The notes below the pieces were generated by a model that was not told the origin of the DNA, did not search any database, and worked only from the letters and a program-made list of their open reading frames with translations. The position numbers and the translations under genes were made by a program. From assembly GCF_001194135.2 (NCBI RefSeq), contig NC_068988.1:96502121-96566120 (forward strand): DNA of 64,000 bases, read 5' to 3'. This DNA is from Octopus bimaculoides (taxonomy: Eukaryota). Shown piece by piece: positions 1 to 14,510 of this stretch. Numbering within the stretch: position 1 is the first letter of the stretch; each line of letters starts with the position of its first letter.

Positions 1-1156
1 CTTCTCCAAGTAGAACTCGAAGTCGTTCATGAGATCTTGACCCTTGACCAAAGAGAAAAAAAGGGTAAGGAAAAAAAAAAAAACTAGATAAAATATAGAA
101 AAATAAAAGCAGAAGAAAAAATATTTATTTCTTTATTTTATAGGAAACAAATTCTCGGTAATGTCTTTGGGCTACAATTATAAAACTTTCAGAATGAATA
201 TCAAACGGATATTTGTAGTTTTTTATTTGTTTTTCTTCTAAACAGAAATTCTTTAGAAACCGTTTGCGACGACAGTAAAGAGAATTATTCTTTAGACTAT
301 CTCTGTTGTCGTTTCTCGGCCATCTCTATAAACGGGAACGTTACAAAATGAGAAATATATATACAGACACACACACACACACAAACACGGATGCTCTGGA
401 AAGCAAATAAACCAAGAAACAAACGAAAGACAAACTAAGCACAACAACCGTGAAGACCCTTAAAAAAAAGTTCTGCTGACGTCGTTCGGTGATTTTGACC
501 GAATAAACAGCTCATTGTTGGCGTTGGTATCCATCCTCAATGGCGATATTGACTAACTTTATTTTCTAAATAGACTTTTTGTTTTCTTTTATGTATTACA
601 AGACATTTTCAAGACTTCCTTCGCTACTACAAAAAGAAGAGAAAATATAAAGAATAAATAAAGAGAAGATAAAGAGAAAAGCGAAAGAAAAAAAGAACCT
701 TTACAATTTGTTCCATCTGGTTATCAACCTGTCACCTAGCTATGAAAATATAAATAAAGAAACTAAAAGAAAACCCAATAAACTATGTCCTTATCACGTG
801 AATGTATACTGCTAAGGGACGATAAGATAAGAAAGTGGTACTTTCGACCCAGGGTTGTAACCTTTAGAAGCTTCATTCCAAGAATTAAAGAAACATTTGA
901 GTAGAAAGTTGTTTCAAAGGAGTTCAAGAAGTGACGTAGTTTATATGTCGCTGAGTCTGTCATCGTTTTAAAACCTGAAATACATGTAGGACTACTCTCA
1001 GGCTTCGTAATATATCCTCTGGTACATACTCAAGCTGCCATATAAAAACATCTCTTTCGAGCTCCGTAAAAACGGCCTTCAAGCACACACATACACACAC
1101 ACTCATTCCTTTCTGTCNNNNNNNNNNNNNNNNNNNNNNNNNNNNNNNNNNNNNNN

Positions 1157-1218
<62 letters not shown>

Positions 1219-1315
1219 GGTACTCTTCCGTGGACAGGGAAAGAGTTAACATGTTTCTTGTTTCACTGTTTATCGGAGTTATTCTTAGAGGCCAGGCACA
1301 CCTCATTCTATCTGC

Positions 1316-1381
<66 letters not shown>

Positions 1382-3013
1382 TGACATGCAACTAATGGGT
1401 TTATAAGCCTCTCCAAACACGGTCTTCTCATCGAATCGGAAATACCAGTTTGCATAATACTGGTGAGTACACTGGAAGTTAATTAAATGATTTACTGTAC
1501 ATTAAGCAGCTGAAATATAGGAAGAATACGGATCCGTACGAAACGAAAATCGAACATGATTTCATCGAAGTGCCACAAATATATAAACACGAATGAAGGA
1601 CATGATTTTTCAGTGTTCTACTAAGCATCAATAAATCAGAACTAATGGATGGCTTCAAGATTGATTATGTAAACGGTGTTTCGAATTAAGTTGTAGCAGC
1701 GCGTTGTGCACGCATTCTGTGGTTAGTCTCGGGAATATGTTATTCTCACGACCCATTACTGTTTACCCAAGAATCTGCATGCTAAAAGTCATTATAAGTG
1801 TTTAATATGACTGCGAAATTACAAAGACTGTGAAACGTTAGCACTGGTCAATGCTTCGGAAATAGAGAGGAAATCAACTAGTTTCCGGTCTCAGGAGCAG
1901 ATGAAGGTGAAACCACCGAAACCACCATCACCAGCACCACCCGATATAATCCTAATAGTCATTTGCTATTCCCTTGTCAAATTTGTTAGGAGCTGGAGGT
2001 GTAGGAAACTAGGTGGCCGTCGTGAGAAGAAAAACATAGAGAGAGAGAGAAAGAAGAAAAGGTGAAGAGTAGTAGAAGATATCTAAGATGTAGACTCTAT
2101 GAACCTAGAAATCGAAATTAGCATCCATAAAGATGGGCCTGGGATGCTGGAAGATGAGTTTGCTCCCTTTTAGTTGTTCTTCTTCGCAGCCATCGTGGTA
2201 AAATGAATTATAAAGCAAACGTAGCTATTTGACTCGAAGATTTTACACCAGCAGCAAGAAATATTCTGTAATTGTGGGAAATAGTTTAACGTTGTAACAA
2301 CTCGTTTATATCTTACTTAAAATATAGGTCATTGCCCCTCAGTCAGACAATAACTATCATTGTGTGTTTTACTTTGCGATGTGGACGTGTGTATTCATAT
2401 ATATATATNNNNNNNNNNNNNNNNNNNNNNNNNNNNNNNNNNNNNNNNNNNNNNNNNNNNNNNNNNNNNNNNNNNNNNNNNNNNNNNNNNNNNNNNNNNN
2501 NNNNNNNNNNNNNNNNNNNNNNNNNNNNNNNNNNNNNNNNNNNNNNNNNNNNNNNNNNNNNNNNNNNNNNNNNNNNNNNNNNNNNNNNNNNNNNNNNNNN
2601 NNNNNNNNNNNNNNNNNNNNNNNNNNNNNNNNNNNNNNNNNNNNNNNNNNNNNNNNNNNNNNNNNNNNNNNNNNNNNNNNNNNNNNNNNNNNNNNNNNNN
2701 NNNNNNNNNNNNNNNNNNNNNNNNNNNNNNNNNNNNNNNNNNNNNNNNNNNNNNNNNNNNNNNNNNNNNNNNNNNNNNNNNNNNNNNNNNNNNNNNNNNN
2801 NNNNNNNNNNNNNNNNNNNNNNNNNNNNNNNNNNNNNNNNNNNNNNNNNNNNNNNNNNNNNNNNNNNNNNNNNNNNNNNNNNNNNNNNNNNNNNNNNNNN
2901 NNNNNNNNNNNNNNNNNNNNNNNNNNNNNNNNNNNNNNNNNNNNNNNNNNNNNNNNNNNNNNNNNNNNNNNNNNNNNNNNNNNNNNNNNNNNNNNNNNNN
3001 NNNNNNNNNNNNN

Positions 3014-3048
<35 letters not shown>

Positions 3049-4638
3049 GTCTGTCTGTCTGTCTGTCTGTCTGTATAATCTTCATCTAGATTTGAATTCA
3101 AATTCGATCCCGAGTTTATATCAGCCTCTTACTTGAAGGGATTCGAACGTGTAACAGAACAGTGGCAGTGTTCTCATGAGAAATGGTTTCCAAATGTTTC
3201 GCGTCACGTTACACGAAATAAGCTCAACATTTTTTCAAAATGACAGACTGACCGAGCACCGCCTATCTTCCAATCACGCTGCAGTATTTTTGTTGAACAA
3301 AGCCCTTATATTTATGAGCGGATTTTAACCTATTTCTCGCAATCTCTCGACGACACAGGCTGACACCCTGCTGAAACCCTGCTGAAACCCTGGCAAAACA
3401 TACGAGATAAGCCTAATCCATATATCAATTTAGATATGTTTTCTTGCTTGTTCATATTTGAGTGTACTAAATTTCGTATCAGATATATGTGCGCATGTGT
3501 ATGTGCGCATGTTTATGTGTACGTGTGTATTTATGTAAGAATGTACGCATGCGTATACATACATACACATGTATGCATGCATGGATACATAGATATATGT
3601 GTGTGTATCTATGTATGTGTGTATGTATGACTGTATGTATGTATATATGCGTGTATGCATGTCTGTATATCAAAAAAACAAATGCAAAATCTAAAGACAG
3701 GTGTATATGAGACATTGACGACGCTAAATGTTATTAGTTTTATGCTAAAGGACGATTGGAAAGGGAAGAAGTTATTACGTTTGGCACCTGGAGTTTGTTG
3801 GAACATCCGAGAGAAGAGTCCAGGTNNNNNNNNNNNNNNNNNNNNNNNNNNNNNNNNNNNNNNNNNNNNNNNNNNNNNNNNNNNNNNNNNNNNNNNNNNN
3901 NNNNNNNNNNNNNNNNNNNNNNNNNNNNNNNNNNNNNNNNNNNNNNNNNNNNNNNNNNNNNNNNNNNNNNNNNNNNNNNNNNNNNNNNNNNNNNNNNNNN
4001 NNNNNNNNNNNNNNNNNNNNNNNNNNNNNNNNNNNNNNNNNNNNNNNNNNNNNNNNNNNNNNNNNNNNNNNNNNNNNNNNNNNNNNNNNNNNNNNNNNNN
4101 NNNNNNNNNNNNNNNNNNNNNNNNNNNNNNNNNNNNNNNNNNNNNNNNNNNNNNNNNNNNNNNNNNNNNNNNNNNNNNNNNNNNNNNNNNNNNNNNNNNN
4201 NNNNNNNNNNNNNNNNNNNNNNNNNNNNNNNNNNNNNNNNNNNNNNNNNNNNNNNNNNNNNNNNNNNNNNNNNNNNNNNNNNNNNNNNNNNNNNNNNNNN
4301 NNNNNNNNNNNNNNNNNNNNNNNNNNNNNNNNNNNNNNNNNNNNNNNNNNNNNNNNNNNNNNNNNNNNNNNNNNNNNNNNNNNNNNNNNNNNNNNNNNNN
4401 NNNNNNNNNNNNNNNNNNNNNNNNNNNNNNNNNNNNNNNNNNNNNNNNNNNNNNNNNNNNNNNNNNNNNNNNNNNNNNNNNNNNNNNNNNNNNNNNNNNN
4501 NNNNNNNNNNNNNNNNNNNNNNNNNNNNNNNNNNNNNNNNNNNNNNNNNNNNNNNNNNNNNNNNNNNNNNNNNNNNNNNNNNNNNNNNNNNNNNNNNNNN
4601 NNNNNNNNNNNNNNNNNNNNNNNNNNNNNNNNNNNNNN

Positions 4639-4707
<69 letters not shown>

Positions 4708-6234
4708 GAAATATTTTCAAAGGATTATATTCAGAGTGGTGTCGAGGTTTGGATTTCTGAATGCCAGATTCCATTCTTGTAAATAAATGTTTGACAATCA
4801 CAGAACATTCGGGAGTTATTTACAACGTAAACTAAAACCACATTAAGATAAGACTGTGGCATACATCACCACCCCCACCTGATATGCATAATTCTCTATG
4901 TGTATATAGATATATATGTGTGTGTGCGATTGCAAGTATATATGCATATATTCATATACATAGACAGATATAGATATGTATGTATATATGTATGGGTGCA
5001 TAAGTAAATGCCCACACACACAAATATATATACATACATACATTGATACATACATATGCACACATCTACCTCACGCCTGACTTGTAGCTAACTGTTCCCA
5101 TTTATATTTTCCCTGCAGAGTAATCTGAAGGTATCTTTCGCTACCATTTTTATTTCTCAGTGGTCGGTGGAACCGCTAGAAACAGCAATCAAAACCACCA
5201 AATCACACTGTATTGAAAAATAAAGACGCATTGTATAATTCTGTCCGATAACCAATTCGGGAAGGTAAGGATTGGCTACAGTCCTTTGTCTCCTGACATA
5301 TGACCATAACCAGATCGAAGATTAAACAGCAACAACAACAATCACACCAACAGCAATAACTGAAAATTCCGTTTCAAAGAATTTACATTGGGAGTATTTA
5401 GTTTTACATATTTTATCATAAATTATGTTAGTTAGATGACAGTATAAACAGCAATCGATAAAGTATTTGTATCTATGCTTGTACAAGTGCAATTCTGAAT
5501 TTGCTTTCTGGTTTTAAGGCTGGGAACATCATTTCACTTGTCTTAGTGTGTTTAGATCGAAAATCGTCACAGTACATTCACATCTGAGTAAACTCCGTCC
5601 ACTCATTTCAGAACTCAAAAAATCAAATGCGCAGTAAATTAAATATAGTTGTAATTCTGAATACTTTTCTGATTTATTCCACTGCCTTACCAGATCTCTA
5701 ATGCCATCTTTTACTTACAAACAACTTGGTTTCCTGTTTTGCAAATCATATTCAGGAAATATTTGTCAACACTTAACTTTTAGTGTTCAATGTCTCATTA
5801 TTTTTAATTGGAGTTTGACTGTTGGTAACCAACTATTTTTGAAATTAAAATTTAAAGTCGAGCGGATATATTATTGATGTGGCCGGTAATGGCGACAAAA
5901 GGACTAATATAGCTGATTGATTGAGTAACTGAATGATTAATCAAACAATCGATGAGTTAATTAGTTAAATGATTAACGGATTGATGAATAATGCTAAAAG
6001 AAATTAAATAGAACCAGTGTTTGTGTTTTATGACCTTTCCGAGACACAATGAAATTTGTTTCAACTCCCATCAAGAATCTTTCAAGCCAAATGCAATAAC
6101 GAAATAAAGGAACCCTATTTGGATCATTTTCAATTAACCACCGTGAACAGTTTGGTTTTAGAATCTCCGAATTCTTATATAAAATTTCAATAAACTAAAC
6201 ACGAGCATTTCAATAACAGTTCTTTCTAATTTTG

Positions 6235-6434
6235 ATAGACAGCCAGCAGCTTTTGAAGAGAAAGGGAAGTCAATTCCACCGATTCCAATACTCAACTGAT
6301 CCCAGTTATCTTATTGACCCATGAAAGAGCGAAAGAAAAAGTCGCCCTCGGCAACATTTGAACTCAGAATTTAAATGCCGGAAGAAATGTCGCTAAGCAT
6401 TTTCTCCGTTGTGCTAATGATTCTGCTAGCTCGC
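6235..6434 (-). mobile_element. SINE family A, diverged; a second partial copy follows at about 6485-6555
   Basis: TGAAAG...AAAGTCGCCCTCGGCAACATTTGAACTCAGAA...GCTAAGCATTTT...GTGCTAATGATTCTGCTAGCTCGC is the reverse complement of the family A body. Confidence 0.7.
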
Positions 6435-7033
6435 AGTCTTGAAAATTCTTTCGACTTACAGATAAAAGGGAGAGGGCAAGTCTGAAAGGATGACAGGAAA
6501 AGAAGGCCTCGGTGGAGTTTGAACTCCGAACGTAAAATCGGAAGAAATCCTTCTCGTTGCTTTAATAATACTCGGTAATCCTGTCTCTCTCTTCGCTTAA
6601 ATAGATTAGTTTGAATTTAAAGTTATTTAAGAAAGAAATTCTTACATTAATCAAAATTCCAATTTATCTATTCCTATAACAATCTTGCTTAAAAGAATAT
6701 AATTTAGCAATTTAATGGCGAGAAATGTGTTATTTTCATTAATAGTTTAGTCATTGGCGATTTCACGACGAAATAACACGCTAGAAAGTGGTTAGTATCA
6801 GAAGTCTTTAGCTAAGACAGAGGGGAAAAAAAGAGGTGTGGGGTGGGTGATACTGGATCAATTGATATGTCAAGTAAAGAAAATATTTAGTTTGCTCTCG
6901 AATGAATGTTGATATTTACCTAAGTAACTGATAAAGATAGCAGCTGCTTTGGATAGGCCTCAGTACTGCTGCGGATGGTAGGGAAAATATAAATAAACAC
7001 TAACGTCTGAATTGTTTTCCATACACTGGGAAC

Positions 7034-7100
<67 letters not shown>

Positions 7101-8376
7101 TATGTATGTATATGCATGCGTGTTGTGTGAGTGAATTTCTTCTTTTCATTGATATATTTTTGTCAATTAGTAACAACCAAATTTATGAATCCGTCACCAA
7201 TTCTAAGTAGAATATATAGTTGTCTATCTGGTATATATTATTTTTAGGATCTTTCTTGCTTCTTTTGAATTGTATTGGGACAATTTTAAATTATGCCAGG
7301 TGTCGGCTGGATAGACGTTAATGTTTTAGACGTCCAGAGGATGTATTTTATGAACTCACAATAACCCGAATGGGCAGTTAATATTTCCTTGAGATTCAAC
7401 TGACGCACGGTCAGAAGGGAAAAATTTGTACAGCAGCAGACATTTTGGGGAAAAAATAAAGAGGGTAATAGTTGATTGAAGAGAAATAGGGAAAAAAGGA
7501 ACAACACAGAAAAGAAACAAGAAAGAAGGGAACACTGAAAAGAGAAGAAAGAAATTGCTGCCGATTATCAACCTTTCTAAGCAAGTTTTGCGAGGATATG
7601 TAATGCCCCCACCCCACCACAGATGTGAAAGAATGTCAATATGTATGTATATACGCATATATGTATGTATGTCTCTTCTGTATTTAATCATTTAAGTTCT
7701 TCCTCTGAAGACAGAGATGGTTTCTAAGAAAGGTACAAAGCTCCATCCTTGGAATGTGGATAACGAAAACAACGTCACATTTTAAACCCGAGAAAAGTCT
7801 TGCAGAGTTTTACAGTGCCGCTTACAGATTGTATTTGTAATGCGAATCAGTTGGTTGATTACTTTTTCTGAAAAATCCAAGCTTATCCAGGTTGCTAGTT
7901 AGGCAATTATCATTAATGTAAATTTGTAATCTGGATGTGGAAGCTGGAGGTTCAAAAGCAGCAGTATGACGGAAATACGTGTGCCAAGGGCCGTGCCCGA
8001 AACGATAGATTTCATCTCACCTTCTGGCACAAGTGTTTATTTTATTCAATGAATTATACATTTCATGTCCCTCCACGTTCTAATTTTAAGTTATACGGAG
8101 ATCTCTTTTATATACATATTTCAACCAAACTCGGTGGACATAGGATGTACCAGTCTTTTTTCAGTGTCGATTAATTTTTTGATTATTCAAGGAAATCATT
8201 TTCAAAATAGTGGAGAATAGAGTATAATTCTATTAAATTCACTACTTTTGAAATTATGAAGTTCAAAGTTGATCAATATAATATTTGGAATTGAAACTGA
8301 AATGAATGTACAGTTAAACATGTCAATGTGTTAACATTTCTGTCTATTAAATGTTTGTTTACTGTCACAGAATATA

Positions 8377-8592
8377 CGAGGGGTGCTGAAAAGTTCCTCG
8401 CTTTTGGTAAAAGAAAAATACATGAGGATCAGTTAATTACGATTTTATTCAACATATTCCCCTCTCAGATTCACTCAGTTATTGCAGCGGTTCTTCAGTT
8501 TTTCGAAGCCTTGTGAAAGTACTCGAAAAGTTGGGCCTCGAATCAGGCCTTTCGCGATACCCTTAAGGCCAGAAACTTTTCAGCACCCTTCG
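8377..8592. mobile_element. Mariner-derived MITE (family M1)
   Basis: TA|CGAGGGGTGCTGAAAAGTT...AAACTTTTCAGCACCCTTCG|TA: TIRs plus TA duplication, 216 bp, no ORF. A second copy is at 26055-26269. Confidence 0.85.
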
Positions 8593-8603
8593 TATTGATG
8601 TTA

Positions 8604-8814
8604 CTGGGTTGGTGCATAATTATAGGCGGCTTTTTTTTCAACAAATTTTATTCAACAAAAACAATAACAACATGTAACAAAAACATCTTTAAATGATTAT
8701 TCCGGAGCATATTCACCATTTACTTCAATTACTGTTTTTGTTAAATATTGTTATTTTTTTTTTGTTGAATAAAACTTGTTGAAAAAAAGCCGCAATAATT
8801 ATGCACCAACCCAA
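8604..8814. mobile_element. Mariner-derived palindromic MITE (Hsmar1/MADE1-like TIR)
   Basis: TA|CTGGGTTGGTGCATAATTATAGGCGGCTTTTTTTTCAACAA...TTGTTGAAAAAAAGCCGCAATAATTATGCACCAACCCAA|TA. The TIRs are about 50-55 bp long and the element is flanked by TA. Confidence 0.85.
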
Positions 8815-9783
8815 TATGATTAGACGAGACGACCTCGTTACACGAAGTACGTTACAAAACTAGATATTTAAATGCGCCACTCTCTGTCTTTTTTGTTTTG
8901 TATGAAATGGAATAAATAATTGCATAAACTGTACTATGTATCTTCGGACAGTAATTATATGGTTATAGCTATTTGAAGTATATGGTATCAGAGTTTAATG
9001 TAATTCTTAACATATGGTAGTAACATGCATGTAATATCTGTCACCAGTTTAAAAACACATTGAGAAGTTCTGTGAACAGTTCAGCTTGCCGAGTAAATGT
9101 AATTACAGCTTTGCTTTGTAGCAAGTTAAAAGTCAAAATATAAGAAAACTGTTGTGTGTGTTTGTGAGTGAGTGTGTGTGTAAGTGTTTGTGTATATGTG
9201 TGAGTGTGTGTATGTGTGTATGTATGTATGCACATATGTGTGTGTATCCGTTTTTTAAATGACTTGCGACTTCATTTTAGTTAACTAGGAATGCTAATTA
9301 AAAAGATATTAGCGTTACATTTGTGAAAATAAAATGACCACATAAAACGCATTATCTTCATTATAATACATGTATGCACGCAAACCTACAGACATACGTG
9401 GGCCAGGTGCTAAGACATTTGCTTCCCAGCCTCATAGTTTTCGGTTCAGCCCCACTGCTTGGCATGTATGTATATATATATATATATNNNNNNNNNNNNN
9501 NNNNNNNNNNNNNNNNNNNNNNNNNNNNNNNNNNNNNNNNNNNNNNNNNNNNNNNNNNNNNNNNNNNNNNNNNNNNNNNNNNNNNNNNNNNNNNNNNNNN
9601 NNNNNNNNNNNNNNNNNNNNNNNNNNNNNNNNNNNNNNNNNNNNNNNNNNNNNNNNNNNNNNNNNNNNNNNNNNNNNNNNNNNNNNNNNNNNNNNNNNNN
9701 NNNNNNNNNNNTATGTATATATATATGTATATATACACATATATATACATATATATACATATATATATGTGTGTGTATATATG

Positions 9784-9855
<72 letters not shown>

Positions 9856-10654
9856 CGTGCGTGTGTGTGTGTACACATGTATGTATGTATGTATGTATGT
9901 ATGTATGTATATATATGTATGTATTTTTTGCCTTTGTCACTGAAAATCTGTCAACTCAAAGCAAAATCTCTCGAGGTTTTACAAGAAATTTCCCCCTCCG
10001 ATACCAATTATTAATCGCTCAGAATCAAGTATCGAATTCTCTTCAATGTAATCAATCACTGAGAATTTGGCACGTTCAAGTACTCAAGAATTCATAATTA
10101 AACATGGTGTTTACGAAAGTAAAACTTGACAAAAACAACTTGTATACAAACAGTTAATTATATAAGTGTCGATGGATTTTAGTTTCGTAGAAACGGTCGA
10201 GGTGACATTGTGATATAATTCCGCTTCACATTCAACTCTGACTCAATGAAATACTTTCGTGCCATACAGCTGTTTCAACCGCTGTTTATGGCTGCAGTCA
10301 TTTCAGTTAAATTATAGTCCTAAAGCAAAAACAGAAAAACAAAACATTAGCATTTAAAAATTAATGCTTATTTTACCATAAATATTGGAAAAGAAGCATC
10401 AAAGTGATCATGTGACAGGACTGCTGTTTGTCCTGCTTAATATTTGGATAATGCCTCTAGGATTAACATGATCAGTATATCTCGTATTTTTCTTTTCTTC
10501 CTTTGATATTGTGCCGCATCAGAATGTAACATCTTTCTGATATTCTGGCCAGTTAGGAAATATTCAGGTTTTTAGTTGTAAAACATTTACATTTCAGGTC
10601 ACATTCCTCTGTATTACACGTTATAAATTTAAAGATGTATTACATTCGTCGTCG

Positions 10655-10836
10655 TGGCAATCCGTCGGTTACGACGACAAACGTTCCAGTTGATCCGATC
10701 AACGGAACAGCCTGCTCGTGAAATTAACGTGCAAGTGGCTGAGCACTCCACAGACACGTGTACCCATAACGTAGTTCTCAGGGAGACTCAGCGTGACACA
10801 GAGTGTGACAAGGCTGGCCCTTTGAAACACAGGCAC
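10655..10836 (-). mobile_element. SINE family C, 3' half
   Basis: Near-identical to 61360-61530 (GCCTGCTCGTGAAATTAACGTGCAAGTGGCTGAGCACTCCACAGACACGTGTACCC...). Confidence 0.85.
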
Positions 10837-10903
10837 AGGCTGAATGATTAAAATGTCTTCTTTACAACCATGTAGTATGCGTGTATATATATATATGTGT
10901 GTG

Positions 10904-10938
<35 letters not shown>

Positions 10939-10944
10939 CTGTCG

Positions 10945-11150
10945 GTGTCTTTCTACGATAAGCGCTTGATAACCGGTGCTAGTGGGTTCGCTTAAGTACC
11001 CGAGACTTAGAAGTTCGGCAAAGGAGACCGATAGAATAAGTACCAGACTTTTTTTTTTAAAAAGTGATGAGGTGAATTATTTTGACAAAACCTTTCAAGG
11101 CATATTTCCAAGCATGGCCGCAGTACAGTGAATGAAACATGTAACACAGA
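10945..11150 (+). mobile_element. 3' module of SINE family B downstream of (TA)n(TG)n
   Basis: GCTTGATAACCGGTGCT...GTTCGGCAAAGGAGACCGATAGAATAAGTACCAG...AGCATGGCCGCAG..GAATGAAACATGTAA matches 55160-55320. Confidence 0.65.
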
Positions 11151-11824
11151 AGAAAGAGTGAGTTGCTTGTGAGTTTAAATGCACACAAGAACCAGCTTCT
11201 TCTAAAATATTTCGTTCCTATAAACAGAAAGTGTTATAAGTTTTGAAATATTTCACAGCACGACTTTCTAGACCGTATTTTACTGCTTATATTTTAAAGA
11301 GAATCTTTCAGTCGAATGTAAAAAGAAAATGTGTACACAGATGTTCCACATAACATGTGTCATATCAGAGTCTTGTTGGACGTCAACTAGGACAGATGTC
11401 ATTTTAATTCGCTGCAAAAAATATTTTTATATAAACTGTAAAAATTTAACGATAACGAAATGTTTCGGTTTATGCTAAGGATACGAACCAGCTTTTATAT
11501 AGCAAAATATAGCGACATTCGGACGGGAAAAAAATTCTAGTACTCGTTTAAAACATGTGGTAGGAAGATAGATATTTAATACCCACAAGCAGCCCAGATA
11601 TATGTATTCTTAGTGAAGTATTGTATCACTCTGTTTATTTGTTTTCGTATATTTTACTAACATGGTGTTACACACACGTACAGGCACGCAGACACTCAGG
11701 CGCACAGACTTAGTCGCAGACGTAGGTTCACTCTCATAACTACATAAGTATCTATCTATATATCTATCTATGTGCACATACATATATGTATATATTCAGG
11801 GACATATATATGTGCAAATGTGTG

Positions 11825-11863
<39 letters not shown>

Positions 11864-12415
11864 NNNNNNNNNNNNNNNNNNNNNNNNNNNNNNNNNNNNN
11901 NNNNNNNNNNNNNNNNNNNNNNNNNNNNNNNNNNNNNNNNNNNNNNNNNNNNNNNNNNNNNNNNNNNNNNNNNNNNNNNNNNNNNNNNNNNNNNNNNNNN
12001 NNNNNNNNNNNNNNNNNNNNNNNNNNNNNNNNNNNNNNNNNNNNNNNNNNNNNNNNNNNNNNNNNNNNNNNNNNNNNNNNNNNNNNNNNNNNNNNNNNNN
12101 NNNNNNNNNNNNNNNNNNNNNNNNNNNNNNNNNNNNNNNNNNNNNNNNNNNNNNNNNNNNNNNNNNNNNNNNNNNNNNNNNNNNNNNNNNNNNNNNNNNN
12201 NNNNNNNNNNNNNNNNNNNNNNNNNNNNNNNNNNNNNNNNNNNNNNNNNNNNNNNNNNNNNNNNNNNNNNNNNNNNNNNNNNNNNNNNNNNNNNNNNNNN
12301 NNNNNNNNNNNNNNNNNNNNNNNNNNNNNNNNNNNNNNNNNNNNNNNNNNNNNNNNNNNNNNNNNNNNNNNNNNNNNNNNNNNNNNNNNNNNNNNNNNNN
12401 NNNNNNNNNNNNNNN

Positions 12416-12478
<63 letters not shown>

Positions 12479-12542
12479 CAGAGAGGTATGGATAGATAGA
12501 GATAGATAGAGAAATAAATAAATAGATAGATAGATAGATTGA

Positions 12543-12580
<38 letters not shown>

Positions 12581-12790
12581 ACCATCAGAAAATGAGACCA
12601 AATTCGAAACACCTCTTGATGTAACTAAAGAAAATACAAGAGGGCACTACAAAATTTATGTCTCGTTCATTCGATGTCTCTGTTTTTGTGCCAACCTATC
12701 TCTCGTTCATATTTTAAAGTTGTGTGTCTGTTTGCAGAAATTTTGGTTTAAAATCCAGTGTATATACAAATTATAAAAATTTAAAAAATA

Positions 12791-12877
12791 TACAGTACTG
12801 TTTCTACTTCGCGGATTTTCACCTATCGCGGGGTGGGATTTTGGAACGTAACACCCACGATAATCGAGGGATTACTG
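12791..12877. mobile_element. Tigger/pogo-like MITE, one terminus
   Basis: TTCGCGGATTTTCACCTATCGCGGGG...GGAACGTAACACCCACGATAATCGAGGGATTACTG shares its terminal sequence with 24552-24762. Confidence 0.6.
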
Positions 12878-13320
12878 CATAATTGATTCAGCTCATCCGG
12901 AATGTTACTGGTATTTCGTAGGATTCCCGCGGGATAAAATCAAAATTTGGTTTTCTAAAGACTTGAACTCATATCAATGAAAGTGTAGTATAGTTATATA
13001 AAATCTAGTTTAATATAGTTTATTTAAAATCCCAACGAACGGTTATTCTTTTGCTTGAAAAGGCATTACTATCATTCATATATTTTGCTTGAGAAGAGAA
13101 AAATACCCACACAAGGATTCATTTTCGATGTAATAATACCACAAAATAGTCTTTCTTAATTGGGTCAGACAGAAAGTGGAGATTAATGCATAATTATAAT
13201 TTGTGATGTACGGAATTATGATATTTTGAAATAAAAAATTAAAAAAATGAAATAACTCTTTACACTTGAAGTTGTATATAAAAATAATGGAAAAACGAAA
13301 CCAGATATAAAATATTTTTT

Positions 13321-13510
13321 TTCTACTCTAGGTACAAGGCCCGAAATTCCGAGTAGAGGGGACCAGTCGATTAGATCGACCCCTGTACGCAACTGGTACT
13401 TAATTTATCGATCCTGAAAGGATGAAGGGCAAAGTCGACTTCAGCGGAATTCGAAAATACCGCTAAACATTTCGCCCGGCGTACTAACGACTCTGCCAGC
13501 TCGCCGCCTT
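13321..13510 (-). mobile_element. SINE family A copy with small internal deletion
   Basis: Reverse complement of the 21538 copy. Near-perfect flanking repeat CCAGATATAAAAT (13301-13313) / CCAGAAATAAAAT (13511-13523). Confidence 0.85.
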
Positions 13511-14508
13511 CCAGAAATAAAATGTTGAAATTACATTAGGAAGAGCTGATCCTGTTTGAATGTGACCAGTATAGTGTTTTCGAAGAGATAAGGTTTTGAA
13601 TTTGAGATTTGACGGGTTGGGATGTTTACGTAGATTTAAGGGAGGCGTACTACAAAAAGAAAATAAATAGATAAAAAGTAAAGTTGAAAATCCCTGTTAT
13701 GTGTATTTGTTTAATTATATGCCACTGTATTAAGCGCTGTATCATATTAAATTTTTTGATTAGACGCCTCAGAAGAGGAGTGCTTACATACCATCAAGAG
13801 GGGCGTAGAATAAAAATGCGTTAAAAATCACTGTTATATTACATGATTAGGTATCATTATATAAAATCTGATAATACATTGCAGTTTGATTTATTATTTT
13901 GTCTTAACAAACATAGAAAGGACTGTGGCTTTCGATTCCTGAGGGACGTCAAAATTGATTGGTGTGGTTTCGTGTCGCTAATTTATAAGGTGTATTTCAT
14001 TAGTGTTGAATCTGACTAGCAATTGAAAGGAGAAATACATCGGTAAGGCGAGAGAGTTCTAGGCTAACGATGGGATTCTGGGTACAAGGAAAGAAAAGCA
14101 ACCATCATCACTTTATGAAACTTTTCTAAATGGGGCTGCTGGATGCCAGGCCAGAGGTTGTTATAACAGTAGATAAAGGTTCGTCTTAAATACAAGCAAA
14201 AGTTATTTAAGCATTTTATTTAATTAAATTTTAATTAGGTTCCCGAAATGTAATACATATAGGTCGAAAGAAAGAAAATATCATTCAATTCGTGGTCGCT
14301 AATTCCATTTATTATATTACCAAATGTGATGTGACTTAAAGATAAAGTGCAAATGGACTAATGTCTCACTTTCAATTTGGGAGCGTAATTGCATTTTGCA
14401 TTGAGAATAATTCACAATATAGGTCATACGCACATAAATGAAATTCATTACAGATATATAATTTCATTAAATACGTTGCTAGAGACACATTCATAGATTT
14501 ATGCTGGC

Positions 14509-14510
<2 letters not shown>

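Noticed and set aside
3360-3392. Three tandem 11-bp units CTGA(A/C)ACCCTG
   Set aside because: Short local slippage with no spacers; not CRISPR-like or telomeric.
2332-4801. Long ORFs (240-420 aa) in the track, here and at 11764, 22736, 26648, 29928, 36479, 44004, 55903 and 59802
   Set aside because: They are open only because they cross N-gaps and (CA)n/(TA)n/(GA)n repeats; there is no coding evidence.
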